From assembly GCA_051531975.1 (NCBI GenBank), contig JAOPTT010000017.1, positions 32,001 through 96,000 of the forward strand: 64,000 nucleotides of DNA, read 5' to 3'. Both the position numbers and the translations under genes were made by a program. How positions within the stretch are numbered: position 1 is the stretch's first letter; every line of letters starts with the position of its first letter. Of the stretch, positions 19,207 to 27,974 are shown piece after piece. The DNA comes from Spirochaetaceae bacterium. Lineage in GTDB: Bacteria; Spirochaetota; Spirochaetia; DSM-2461. The notes under the pieces are model-generated. The model ran no database searches. It saw only the letters and a program-made list of their open reading frames with translations, and was not told where the DNA came from.

Positions 19207-19422
19207 TCCACAATCCCACTGAGTACTAAGCATTTATAACTCTTATTAAGAATACAAAGGTGACAGTCGCAGTTATATATAATACGACAAACCGGGAAAG
19301 TGAAAGTCGCATATCAAAATTCATATAAAACGGTTATGTGGTAAGTGCAGTAACCCCGAACTCTAATAATGAAATCTTACTGCATTAAAACTGTCCCTAA
19401 CCTGTCGTGTGGGGATTGTTGA
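19207..19422. ncRNA. Candidate structured non-coding element (~215 nt) of unknown class
   Basis: Terminal pairing acaatcccac/gtggggattgt with nested stems aggtgacagt/actgtccct, aaccg/cggtt and agtgcagtaa/ttactgcatt; looks GC-richer than its flanks. Confidence 0.45.
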
Positions 19423-19523
19423 TTACAGTACAGTTTAATAGTGCTATATTTCCTAATATGAATTGGAATGATGAAAACTTTAAAATAGAATAGTGAAAAA
19501 ATCTGTCTATAATACTAAAATAT

Positions 19524-20276
19524 ATGATAAAGTATTGTATGAAAAACTTGGAAGATATCTTTAATATAGCATATAAAGATGTGGTTAGTATTACAGGTGC
19601 AGGTGGGAAAACCACTCTATTATACTACCTTGCAAGCTATTTTAAGGGATCATTGATAACAACGACAACCAAGCTATTTATCCCTAAGAACAGGGAGTTC
19701 TTTACTAAAGATATACCAGATAATATAGAGAGCTCTCTATTAGTTGTTAATAGACAGGTCGGAAACAAATTACACGGTCTAACATGTCATGAATTAAAAG
19801 AGATCTTCCCAAGATTTAATTATACTTTTATTGAAGCTGATGGTGCAGGAATGAAAAGTTTAAAGGGTTGGAAAGAGAATGAACCTGTTATCTGTAATTT
19901 TTCTAATAAAACAGTAGGTGTATTGGATATAACCACTTTGGGGAAGCTGTCTGATCCTACTATATTTCGTTTAGACGAGTATAAAAAGATTACGAACTAC
20001 TCAACAAATATAACCCTTGAAAATTTAATAGACGTTGTACTTAATAAAAATGGTCTATTTAAAAATAGCATATATAAGATACTATATATAAATAAAGTTG
20101 AGAGTTTGAGTCTGGAAAAACAGGCTTCCAGTTTTATTTCTAAACTTATGGATGATCCTAGATTCCATTTAGATCGTATTGTCTGTGGATCGACAGTAGA
20201 TGAAACTTTCAATCTTGTATTTGATAAAAGGGATAGGGTTATGGAGACAAAAAATAATGAAAATAGTTATTGTTAG
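19524..20276 (+). CDS. yqeC: Selenium cofactor biosynthesis protein YqeC
   Basis: 'SITGAGGKTT', 'ITTTTK', 'IEADGA..KSLKGW..NEPVI'. Confidence 0.9.
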   Translation: MIKYCMKNLEDIFNIAYKDVVSITGAGGKTTLLYYLASYFKGSLITTTTKLFIPKNREFFTKDIPDNIESSLLVVNRQVGNKLHGLTCHELKEIFPRFNYTFIEADGAGMKSLKGWKENEPVICNFSNKTVGVLDITTLGKLSDPTIFRLDEYKKITNYSTNITLENLIDVVLNKNGLFKNSIYKILYINKVESLSLEKQASSFISKLMDDPRFHLDRIVCGSTVDETFNLVFDKRDRVMETKNNENSYC

Positions 20277-21039
20277 AGGAGCTGGAGATCTTGCTACTGG
20301 GATTATTCAGAAGCTTCATAATTCAGGATTTAAGGTTATAGCTTGTGAAATAGAGAAACCAACAGCCATTAGAAGAATGGTATCGCTCTCGGAGGCTGTA
20401 TACTATGGGGAACAGAGGGTAGAGGATATAACAGCAAAATTATGTACATTTGAAGAGGCTATTAACGACGAAGGAGTCTCTGTGATTATAGACCCAAAAA
20501 TGAGCATACTGGAAAGGATAAAGCCCCTAGCAGTAGTAGATGCTATATTAGCAAAATGTAACCTTGGAACCACTATAAACAGTGCAAAGGTTGTTATCGG
20601 CGTAGGTCCTGGTTTTAGTATTGGAGTCGATTGCCATGCTGTAATAGAGACTAAGCGAGGGCATAATTTAGGAAAAATATACTATAGAGGATCAGCGATC
20701 GAGAATACAGGAATACCCGGTGAGATTGAGGGAGAATCAACCCGAAGGGTTCTCCATGCACCTACCCAAGGAGAGATAGAGAACAGAGTAAACATAGGGG
20801 ATATTGTTCAGGAGAACGATTTAATGTTCACTATAAACAATACTCCAATCTATGCACCGTTTAGTGGTGTGGTTAGGGGTATAATAAAGGATGGCTTCTC
20901 TGTTTTTAAAGGAATGAAGGTTGCAGATATAGATCCTAGAATGGATCAAGTGGATAAGTGTAATACAATTTCAGATAAAGCTCGAAACGTAGCTGGTGGA
21001 GTTTTAGAAGCAGTAGTTAGATTAGGTGAGGTTATTTGA
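20257..21039 (+). CDS. yqeB: Selenium-dependent molybdenum hydroxylase system protein YqeB
   Basis: 'IVRGAGDLATG', 'PTAIRR', 'VDAILAK', 'GPGF', 'ETKRGHNLG', 'DIDPR', 'ISDKAR..AGGVLEA'. Confidence 0.92.
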   Translation: MKIVIVRGAGDLATGIIQKLHNSGFKVIACEIEKPTAIRRMVSLSEAVYYGEQRVEDITAKLCTFEEAINDEGVSVIIDPKMSILERIKPLAVVDAILAKCNLGTTINSAKVVIGVGPGFSIGVDCHAVIETKRGHNLGKIYYRGSAIENTGIPGEIEGESTRRVLHAPTQGEIENRVNIGDIVQENDLMFTINNTPIYAPFSGVVRGIIKDGFSVFKGMKVADIDPRMDQVDKCNTISDKARNVAGGVLEAVVRLGEVI

Positions 21040-21822
21040 ATGAATAGTATTGTAATTAACCAACTAAATCAGGATATAAAGAACGATATAAAAGTAGCTA
21101 TTGCTACGGTTACATCATCAACAGGTTCGGCACCAGGTAGAACTGGAAATATGATGTTGATATATCCAGATGGAAACATAGTTGGAACATGTGGTGGTGG
21201 CAAAGTTGAACACACAATTATAGAAAAAGCTATAGAATGTCTAGAAAAAGGGATCATGGATAATTTTGATATTGTTCTTAAGGATCTTGGTATGAGTTGT
21301 GGTGGACATATGAAAGGTTTTATTGATGTTCAGAACAATGAGAAACAATTAATGATCATCGGTGGTGGTCATATAGGAAACAAGATATACAACCTCGGTA
21401 AAGAGCTAGAGTTTTCTATGACAATTATTGATGATAGAGTGGAGTTTGCAAACAATGAAAAGTTCCCAAATGCGCAAACACTCTCTGGCGATATATCGGA
21501 GATTATAGAAAATGAAAATCTTAGTAATAAGTATGTTGTAATTGTCTCAAAGGGACATATAACAGATTATCAGGCACTAAAAGTAGCCATAAAGAAGGAT
21601 TATAAATACCTAGGGCTCATTGGATCAAAGAAGAAGGTAAAACAACTGCTTTCTGAGCTACATTCCGATGGCATAGATTATAGCCAATACCCCAATTTTT
21701 ATGCACCTGTTGGACTATCCATTGCTAAAAAAGATCCCGCAGAGATCGCCCTTGGAATAATGGCAGAGATACTGCTTATTAAAAATGGAGGGACATTAAC
21801 ACATATGAGGCTAGATAGATGA
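21040..21822 (+). CDS. xdhC: XdhC/CoxI family molybdenum-hydroxylase maturation factor
   Basis: 'GSAPG', 'GT.GGG..E', 'GMSCGG', 'GGGHIG', 'YLGLIGS', 'YAPVGL...PAEIA'. Confidence 0.9.
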   Translation: MNSIVINQLNQDIKNDIKVAIATVTSSTGSAPGRTGNMMLIYPDGNIVGTCGGGKVEHTIIEKAIECLEKGIMDNFDIVLKDLGMSCGGHMKGFIDVQNNEKQLMIIGGGHIGNKIYNLGKELEFSMTIIDDRVEFANNEKFPNAQTLSGDISEIIENENLSNKYVVIVSKGHITDYQALKVAIKKDYKYLGLIGSKKKVKQLLSELHSDGIDYSQYPNFYAPVGLSIAKKDPAEIALGIMAEILLIKNGGTLTHMRLDR

Positions 21823-22790
21823 AATTAAAAACAATAAAAACAGAAGAAGCAGTGGGACATACTCTATGTCACGATATAACCAAAATTGTTCCTGGGGAGT
21901 TTAAAGGAAGAATTTTTAAAAAAGGACATGTAGTTAGAGAAGAGGATATTGAAGTTCTTCTAAGTGTTGGGAAGGATATTCTCTATGTTTGGGAGAATGT
22001 AGAGGGGTATGTTCATGAAAATGATGCTGCAAAAAGATTAAAAGATACGATAATAGGTAAAAACCTTGAATTCTCAGAGATAAAAGAGGGAAAGATCAGT
22101 CTAATTGCTACTGAAACAGGAACATTGAAGATTAATGTTGAGGCTCTGTTTCATATAAACATGATCGATGAGATTATTGTTGCAACAAAGCCAAACTTCA
22201 AGTTTGTAAAAAAAGGAGATATTATAGCATCAACAAGAGTAATACCCCTGCTTATCCACGAGGAAAAGCTAAAAGAGGCAGAGAAGTTTACAGGGGAACT
22301 AATAACGATTAAACCATTAACAAGAAAAACCGTTGCTATGGTGACAACAGGAAATGAGATCTACTACGGAAGAATTAAAGATAAGTTTAGAGATGTAATG
22401 GAACACAAACTGGACTTTTTTGATTGCGAGATTGTAGGTCAAACCATTGTTCCCGATGACCTACCCCATATGACCTCTGCAATTAATAGATACCTAGAAG
22501 AAAATGTAGACCTTATAATCTGTACTGGTGGTATGAGTGTTGATCCATCTGATATAACACCAACAGCGATTAAAGAGACTGGTAGCGAAATAGTAACCTA
22601 TGGTATGCCTGTACTATCTGGTTCAATGACATTAATTGCATATAATGGTGATACTCCTATTATTGGTCTACCAGCAGGGGTTCTTTTTAGTGAAAAGAAT
22701 ACTGTTGATGTTATTTTACATAGACTACTTTGTAATGACAAAATCAGTAGAGAAGAGGTCGCTGCATATGGTGTTGGTGGGTTACTATAG
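21819..22790 (+). CDS. Molybdopterin-binding protein (MoeA-like)
   Basis: 'AVGHTLCHDIT', 'TTGNE', 'CTGGMSVDPSDITP', 'GLP'. Confidence 0.85.
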   Translation: MKLKTIKTEEAVGHTLCHDITKIVPGEFKGRIFKKGHVVREEDIEVLLSVGKDILYVWENVEGYVHENDAAKRLKDTIIGKNLEFSEIKEGKISLIATETGTLKINVEALFHINMIDEIIVATKPNFKFVKKGDIIASTRVIPLLIHEEKLKEAEKFTGELITIKPLTRKTVAMVTTGNEIYYGRIKDKFRDVMEHKLDFFDCEIVGQTIVPDDLPHMTSAINRYLEENVDLIICTGGMSVDPSDITPTAIKETGSEIVTYGMPVLSGSMTLIAYNGDTPIIGLPAGVLFSEKNTVDVILHRLLCNDKISREEVAAYGVGGLL

Positions 22791-22839
22791 TAGACGCTCT
22801 ATATCAAAGAAGGAAGATCTCGTTAGACTATTATGAGTT

Positions 22840-23043
22840 GTGGAGACTCCTGATATTATATTTCATAACTCTAGGGTTAGTGCAGAGGTAACCAATAGAT
22901 TTTTAGTTAATAGATTGAACAGAGATGATATTGTCTACTATCATGCAGGGCTTCAAAAAGATGAGAAAACAGCCATAGAAAAGTGGTTTTTTGACTCTGA
23001 TTCAGGTATACTAAATGCCACTTGTGCCTATGAAATGGCGTAA
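22840..23043 (+). pseudogene. Remnant of a RecQ-family helicase (helicase C-terminal domain, motif IV-V region)
   Basis: 'YYHAGLQKDEKTAIEKWF...ILNATCAYEMA*' versus the RecQ consensus YHAGL...ATxAYGMG; no Walker A or DEAH region. Confidence 0.75.
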
Positions 23044-23268
23044 AAAACTATGTATAATTTAAATGGTGAATATTTTCCACAATAAAATACTTACAGAAAA
23101 AAGACAGCAATTCTCCTTAACTTGTTTTTATTTATAAAGATATAAGATTTGAATCTATAATTATACATATGGATAAAATATGTAACGATACTTAGTACCA
23201 TTATTTAATATTTTATCATCTTAGTAGTGCTGTAAACTCAGGTGTAAGCAGATATATTGATTTTGTTG

Positions 23269-24006
23269 TTATATATGATGTTTTAGAACCTTATCCAGGA
23301 ACTTCTTGATTCGGATGTCCTTTGAGGTTTGCAGCACTTGTTTGGCTGTTCCGTGTTGTACTATACCTTCATCTTCAATAAACATTACCTTGTCTGCTGC
23401 TTCCTTAGCAAATCCCATTTCGTGGGTCACAAGTATTAATTGCATACCTTCTGATCTTAACTCATAGATTAAGTCTAGAACTTCCGAGGTATATTCAGGA
23501 TCTAGGGCAGAAGTTGGTTCATCTAATAAGAGGTATTCAGGTTTAATGGCTACAGCTCTGCAGATTGCGATTCTTTGTTGCTGACCACCTGATAATGCTA
23601 TTGGTTTTTTATGGGCATGGTCTTCTAAATTAAACCTTGTTAGAAGGTTCATTGCTTGGTATTTTGCTAGTTTAGGATCAATACCGTGTACCTTAATTAA
23701 TGGCAATGTTATGTTTTGAACTGCAGTTAAGTGGGGAAACAGGTTGTAAGCTTGGTAAACCATACCTATGTTTTTTCTGTGTATATGTAGACTTTTCTCG
23801 TCATAAAGTATCTCTTTGTTGTTAATAAATACTCTACCCTGCTCAGGTTTCTCTAAACCGGCTAAGATTCTTAAAAGAGTTGTTTTACCACCACCTGATG
23901 GACCAATTAAAACTAGAGAGCTAAAGTCATTTAGCTCTACATTTACATTTGAAAGAACCCTATGGTCACCAAAACTTTTGTGTAAGTTTTCTAATCTAAG
24001 TTTCAT
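23269..24006 (-). CDS. Polar amino-acid ABC transporter ATP-binding protein
   Basis: GPSGGGKT, LSGGQQQR, DEPTSALDPE, VTHEMGFA. Confidence 0.95.
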   Translation of the reverse strand: MKLRLENLHKSFGDHRVLSNVNVELNDFSSLVLIGPSGGGKTTLLRILAGLEKPEQGRVFINNKEILYDEKSLHIHRKNIGMVYQAYNLFPHLTAVQNITLPLIKVHGIDPKLAKYQAMNLLTRFNLEDHAHKKPIALSGGQQQRIAICRAVAIKPEYLLLDEPTSALDPEYTSEVLDLIYELRSEGMQLILVTHEMGFAKEAADKVMFIEDEGIVQHGTAKQVLQTSKDIRIKKFLDKVLKHHI

Positions 24007-24787
24007 ATTTAAACCTCTTTTCTAGGGAACTTGTTAAAATTGATATTGGAATTGTTAATAGTAGGTAACCAATTGCCAGTGGGATGTAACTCTCTATTGT
24101 TGAAAATGTATTTGAGTTTATCTCCCTAGCTGCTAATGTGAACTCTTTTATCGCAATTATAGATAGAAGTGAAGAATCTTTAATTAAAGAAGCAAATTGT
24201 CCGGCTAATGGTGGTAAAACCCGTGTTATTACCTGGGGGAAGATAATATAACGATATGTTTGAGACCGTGTTAAACCTATAGCTTTTGCAGTCTCTCGTT
24301 GGGTTTTACCAACACTATCTACACCAGCTCTAATTATTTCAGCTATGTATGCACCACTAAAAAGTGACATTATTATTACACCGGCAACGTACCTATTATT
24401 GATACCAATTAAATTTGCAACTACATAATAGAAAATTAGTATCTGAACTAGTAGTGGCGTCCCTCTAATTATTTCTATGTATACTTTTGCTAAAGCTCTA
24501 AGTGGTAGGATTCTACTTCTTCTGGTTATACCAAAATAAGTACCTAAAATTATACTTAGAACCAGACTTATTAGGGACATTAAAATTGTTACACCAAAGC
24601 CACTTATTAAGCTGTCTTTGTAACGGTATACGTTGTCCCATCTAAGGGTATAATCTAAGTTATTAAATCCACTTAATATTAGAGATATAAAAATTAGAGA
24701 TATTATAGTTATGTTTATAAAAGAACTTCCCCTTGGAGGTTTGTCCAAAGGGTCTTTTAGTATAAAGTATTTTTTTAAATCTAGCAT
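23996..24787 (-). CDS. Polar amino-acid ABC transporter permease
   Basis: 'RGTPLLVQI', 'AYIAEIIRAG', 'KDSSL'. Confidence 0.95.
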   Translation of the reverse strand: MLDLKKYFILKDPLDKPPRGSSFINITIISLIFISLILSGFNNLDYTLRWDNVYRYKDSLISGFGVTILMSLISLVLSIILGTYFGITRRSRILPLRALAKVYIEIIRGTPLLVQILIFYYVVANLIGINNRYVAGVIIMSLFSGAYIAEIIRAGVDSVGKTQRETAKAIGLTRSQTYRYIIFPQVITRVLPPLAGQFASLIKDSSLLSIIAIKEFTLAAREINSNTFSTIESYIPLAIGYLLLTIPISILTSSLEKRFKYET

Positions 24788-24791
24788 GGGG

Positions 24792-25604
24792 CTACTTTAT
24801 ATCAAAAAAGAACGGTATACCAGACTCGTCAAAAAGTGACTTAATATAACCTAAGTATTTATCTCCTAATTTATTAAAACCACCATTATCTTGGTACTCT
24901 TTAATAAACATATTAACACCGTCTAAAAGCTCAGTATTACCTTTTTTAACAGCCATACCCCAGTAACCGACCGAACCAGGAAGTGCTTCTAAGTTCATTC
25001 TAGTAGTTTCTAGGTTTCTCCGGTTATTTTCGTAGATTGTTAATACGTCGTATATAAAGACATCTGCTTTACCTTGGCTTACTTCTAAAACACAAGCTGA
25101 TACTTCGTCAAATAGTCTAATATCTGCTTTAGTGAACTTATCCTGTGCTAAGTTAGCACCAATAGTTCCAGATTTAACAGCAATAACAACACCCTCTTGG
25201 TTTAGATCATTAAAAGATAAAACCTTAGAATCGTTGTTAATTAATAGGCTTAGACCTGACTTAATATAAGGATTAGAAAAGTCTACAACTTCACCTCTCT
25301 GTTCTGTTATAGTCATAGAAGAGATAATAATATCCGCTTTATTTGTTTGTAACGAAGGTATTAAACCAGTCCAAGAGATATTCTCAATAATTACTTCTTT
25401 ACCTAAATATTCACCTAAATCTTTAGCTATATCAACACTGATTCCAGAAGGATTACCCTGTTCATCAGACATTTCAAATGGAGGATACTGTAACTCCATT
25501 GCAACAGTTATTTTATCTGTATTAGTTTCTTTACTACTATTAGCAAAAAGACCTATTCCTATTAAGAGCATACACATTAATAGAACGTTATTTAATTTAA
25601 TCAT
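24792..25604 (-). CDS. Polar amino-acid ABC transporter substrate-binding protein
   Basis: 'YPPFEM', 'SSMTITEQR..VVDFSNPY'; signal peptide. Confidence 0.93.
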   Translation of the reverse strand: MIKLNNVLLMCMLLIGIGLFANSSKETNTDKITVAMELQYPPFEMSDEQGNPSGISVDIAKDLGEYLGKEVIIENISWTGLIPSLQTNKADIIISSMTITEQRGEVVDFSNPYIKSGLSLLINNDSKVLSFNDLNQEGVVIAVKSGTIGANLAQDKFTKADIRLFDEVSACVLEVSQGKADVFIYDVLTIYENNRRNLETTRMNLEALPGSVGYWGMAVKKGNTELLDGVNMFIKEYQDNGGFNKLGDKYLGYIKSLFDESGIPFFFDIK

Positions 25605-25673
25605 ATTTTAACTCCTTAAATATTACTGTATTATAGTTAGTATCAATATTTTAAAAAAGAGGAATTATAAATT

Positions 25674-26918
25674 ATGGATTTATTTATTAACTTTTTAACA
25701 GGAAAAGGCATTTCCTACCAACTAAGTGGGCTTATCTCAGTTATTGCAGCCTCAATTTTAACTATTTTACTATGTTTAATAGCATATTTAGTGGTTAAAT
25801 ATAAGTTTTTAAAGCTTGTTGAGTTCCTAATTCTCAGAAGTAAAACTAAATTTGACGATCTATTATTAGAAAATGGAGTATTTATACACATACCTAAGTT
25901 TATACCGGCAGTTATATTAATATATATATTCCCACTTATATTTAACGAGTTTGAAGCGGTTATTTTTGTGTTCCATAAAATAGTTTACTCCTATATGACA
26001 GTATTAATTATGTTAACATTAAACGCACTTTTAACAGTCTTAGCAAAAATGTACAAAATGTTTAATTCAACAATGAAGATACCAATAACTGCTTTAGTCC
26101 AGGGTGTTAGGATAATTTTAGGCATTATAGGTGCTGTAGTAATAGTTGCAGTAGTATTAGATAAATCACCTCTGATTATATTAAGTGGTTTAGGTGCTTT
26201 AACAGCTGTATTTATGTTTGTATTTAAAGACTCCTTAATGGGGTTTATTGCTGGTATTCAATTAACATTAAATAAGATGGTAGACCATGGTAACTGGATA
26301 GAGATGCCTAAATATGGTGCAGATGGAACAGTTGAAGATATTACATTAACAACAGTTAAAGTATGTAACTGGGATAAAACTATAACAATGGTACCAACAT
26401 ATGCACTGCTATCAGAATCCTTTAAAAACTGGCAAGGTATGACAGAGTCCGGCGGGCGTAGGATTAAGCGTTCAATCTTCATTGATACAAGTTCAATTGG
26501 TTTTTGTAGTCCAGAACTACTTAGTAAATTAAAAGATATTGAACTAATCTCACACTTTTTAGAAGGTAAAATTGATGAAGTCGAGAAACATAATGTAACT
26601 GAGAAGATTAATTTATCCTCTCCAGTTAATGGTCGAAAAATTACAAATATTGGTGTATTTAGACATTATATCGAGGCTTATCTTGGTTCTAATGAAAATA
26701 TAAATATGGATATGACATTTTTAGTTAGACAAAAACAACCAGGGATACACGGATTACCAATAGAGATATATGTATTTTGTAAAGAGACAGCCTGGGTAGA
26801 ATACGAAGCTATACAATCTGATATATTTGACCATATTTTTGCTATTATTAACGAGTTTGAACTTAAAATGTTTCAAGCACCTTCAGGTGAAGATATTAAA
26901 ACACTTAGTTCGCTGTAG
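25674..26918 (+). CDS. Mechanosensitive ion channel, MscS family (YbdG-like)
   Basis: 'GADGTVEDITLTTVKVCNWDKTI', 'NWQGM.ESGGRRIKRS', 'GLPIEIYVF'. Confidence 0.93.
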   Translation: MDLFINFLTGKGISYQLSGLISVIAASILTILLCLIAYLVVKYKFLKLVEFLILRSKTKFDDLLLENGVFIHIPKFIPAVILIYIFPLIFNEFEAVIFVFHKIVYSYMTVLIMLTLNALLTVLAKMYKMFNSTMKIPITALVQGVRIILGIIGAVVIVAVVLDKSPLIILSGLGALTAVFMFVFKDSLMGFIAGIQLTLNKMVDHGNWIEMPKYGADGTVEDITLTTVKVCNWDKTITMVPTYALLSESFKNWQGMTESGGRRIKRSIFIDTSSIGFCSPELLSKLKDIELISHFLEGKIDEVEKHNVTEKINLSSPVNGRKITNIGVFRHYIEAYLGSNENINMDMTFLVRQKQPGIHGLPIEIYVFCKETAWVEYEAIQSDIFDHIFAIINEFELKMFQAPSGEDIKTLSSL

Positions 26919-27534
26919 GTTTCTTAATCATCATATCGTTTACTTCTGCTGCTCTTTTTGCATCCATAAATTGAAGCCAAATTGAGGAGTTTGAAGCTCT
27001 AGTATCTCTTTTTGCAATCTCATCCTCTTTTCTTAGAGTATCTACAACTTTAAGTACCGGATAATTATTTAATATATCAACAGTTTTTAGTGGTGGAAGT
27101 GCTGCTAAATAGGAAACTGTTGTTTCAAGATTTTTTTGTTCATCATCATATCTAGCTAATGCATCGGTTAAAGATTTCTCTTTATCTATAATAGCGGACT
27201 CTTTCTCTACTAACTCTTCTGCTATCTGTCTGTTTTTAGCTTCTTCTAAAGTTATATTCTCTTCCCTAGATTTAAGAGCAATCTCTCTCTTCTCTATAGC
27301 TTCCCGCTCTTTTATTAACCTTACAGCATCTAAAAGATATATATTTTCATCTGTATCTTCTACAACCTCAGGGCTTTCTAAACCAATTCGATCAGTTATA
27401 AAATTCAGAGTATCACCACGGTCTATAACTCCTAAAAAGTCGAACCAGATAACTCCACCTATTAAAAGAGCAACTATTAATAGAAGAAGTAGGACTGATT
27501 TACCAATCATTGCGCCTATTGATTTACTTGCCAT
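26905..27534 (-). CDS. flbB: Periplasmic flagellar collar protein FlbB
   Basis: N-terminal TM with 'WFDFLG', coiled coil and MgtE-N-like tail; position after fliJ as in spirochetes. Confidence 0.8.
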   Translation of the reverse strand: MASKSIGAMIGKSVLLLLLIVALLIGGVIWFDFLGVIDRGDTLNFITDRIGLESPEVVEDTDENIYLLDAVRLIKEREAIEKREIALKSREENITLEEAKNRQIAEELVEKESAIIDKEKSLTDALARYDDEQKNLETTVSYLAALPPLKTVDILNNYPVLKVVDTLRKEDEIAKRDTRASNSSIWLQFMDAKRAAEVNDMMIKKPTAN

Positions 27535-27974
27535 TAGTTTGCTCCTTCTAGCATTTTCTCTCTTATTTTAGCAGAACTATTAATATTGTCTATAAACAAT
27601 GAATCCTCTTTTAGGCTATATTTTTTATATCTTAGTTTAGATTTATCTTTTAACTTATCTATAACTTTTCTATCTATAGATTTTTGAAGATATACCTCTT
27701 TAATTTTATCTCTTTCTACTTCTCTCTCTTTTAATACCTGTTTCTGATTAGATATTTGCTGAAGAAGTCTGGCCTCATATATACACTTTATCTGAAATTG
27801 AGTTATATCCACCTGATCATTTTTAGAATCTGCTATCTGGCTATAACACATGTCAATTTTATTTTGAACTAATTGGCATTGGCTATTTGCTCTACCTAGT
27901 TTAGCTTCCCACTCTTTTTCTATATTTTCTCTGATAGAAAGTACATTGTCTAGTTTAAAATTAAACTTTCTCAT
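27534..27974 (-). CDS. fliJ: Flagellar export protein FliJ
   Basis: 'MRKFNFKLDNVLSIRE'; coiled coil; immediately after fliI. Confidence 0.85.
   Translation of the reverse strand: MRKFNFKLDNVLSIRENIEKEWEAKLGRANSQCQLVQNKIDMCYSQIADSKNDQVDITQFQIKCIYEARLLQQISNQKQVLKEREVERDKIKEVYLQKSIDRKVIDKLKDKSKLRYKKYSLKEDSLFIDNINSSAKIREKMLEGAN

Noticed and set aside
19289..19335. Group II intron domain V-like 'gtgaaagtcgca...cggtt'
   Set aside because: The catalytic triad stem is not formed, the spacing is wrong, and no domain VI or RT is present.
19207..19523. Moco/Wco riboswitch upstream of yqeC
   Set aside because: It lacks the characteristic 3' GCCUCC...GGAAAGG segment ending at the RBS; the structure is reported as unassigned instead.
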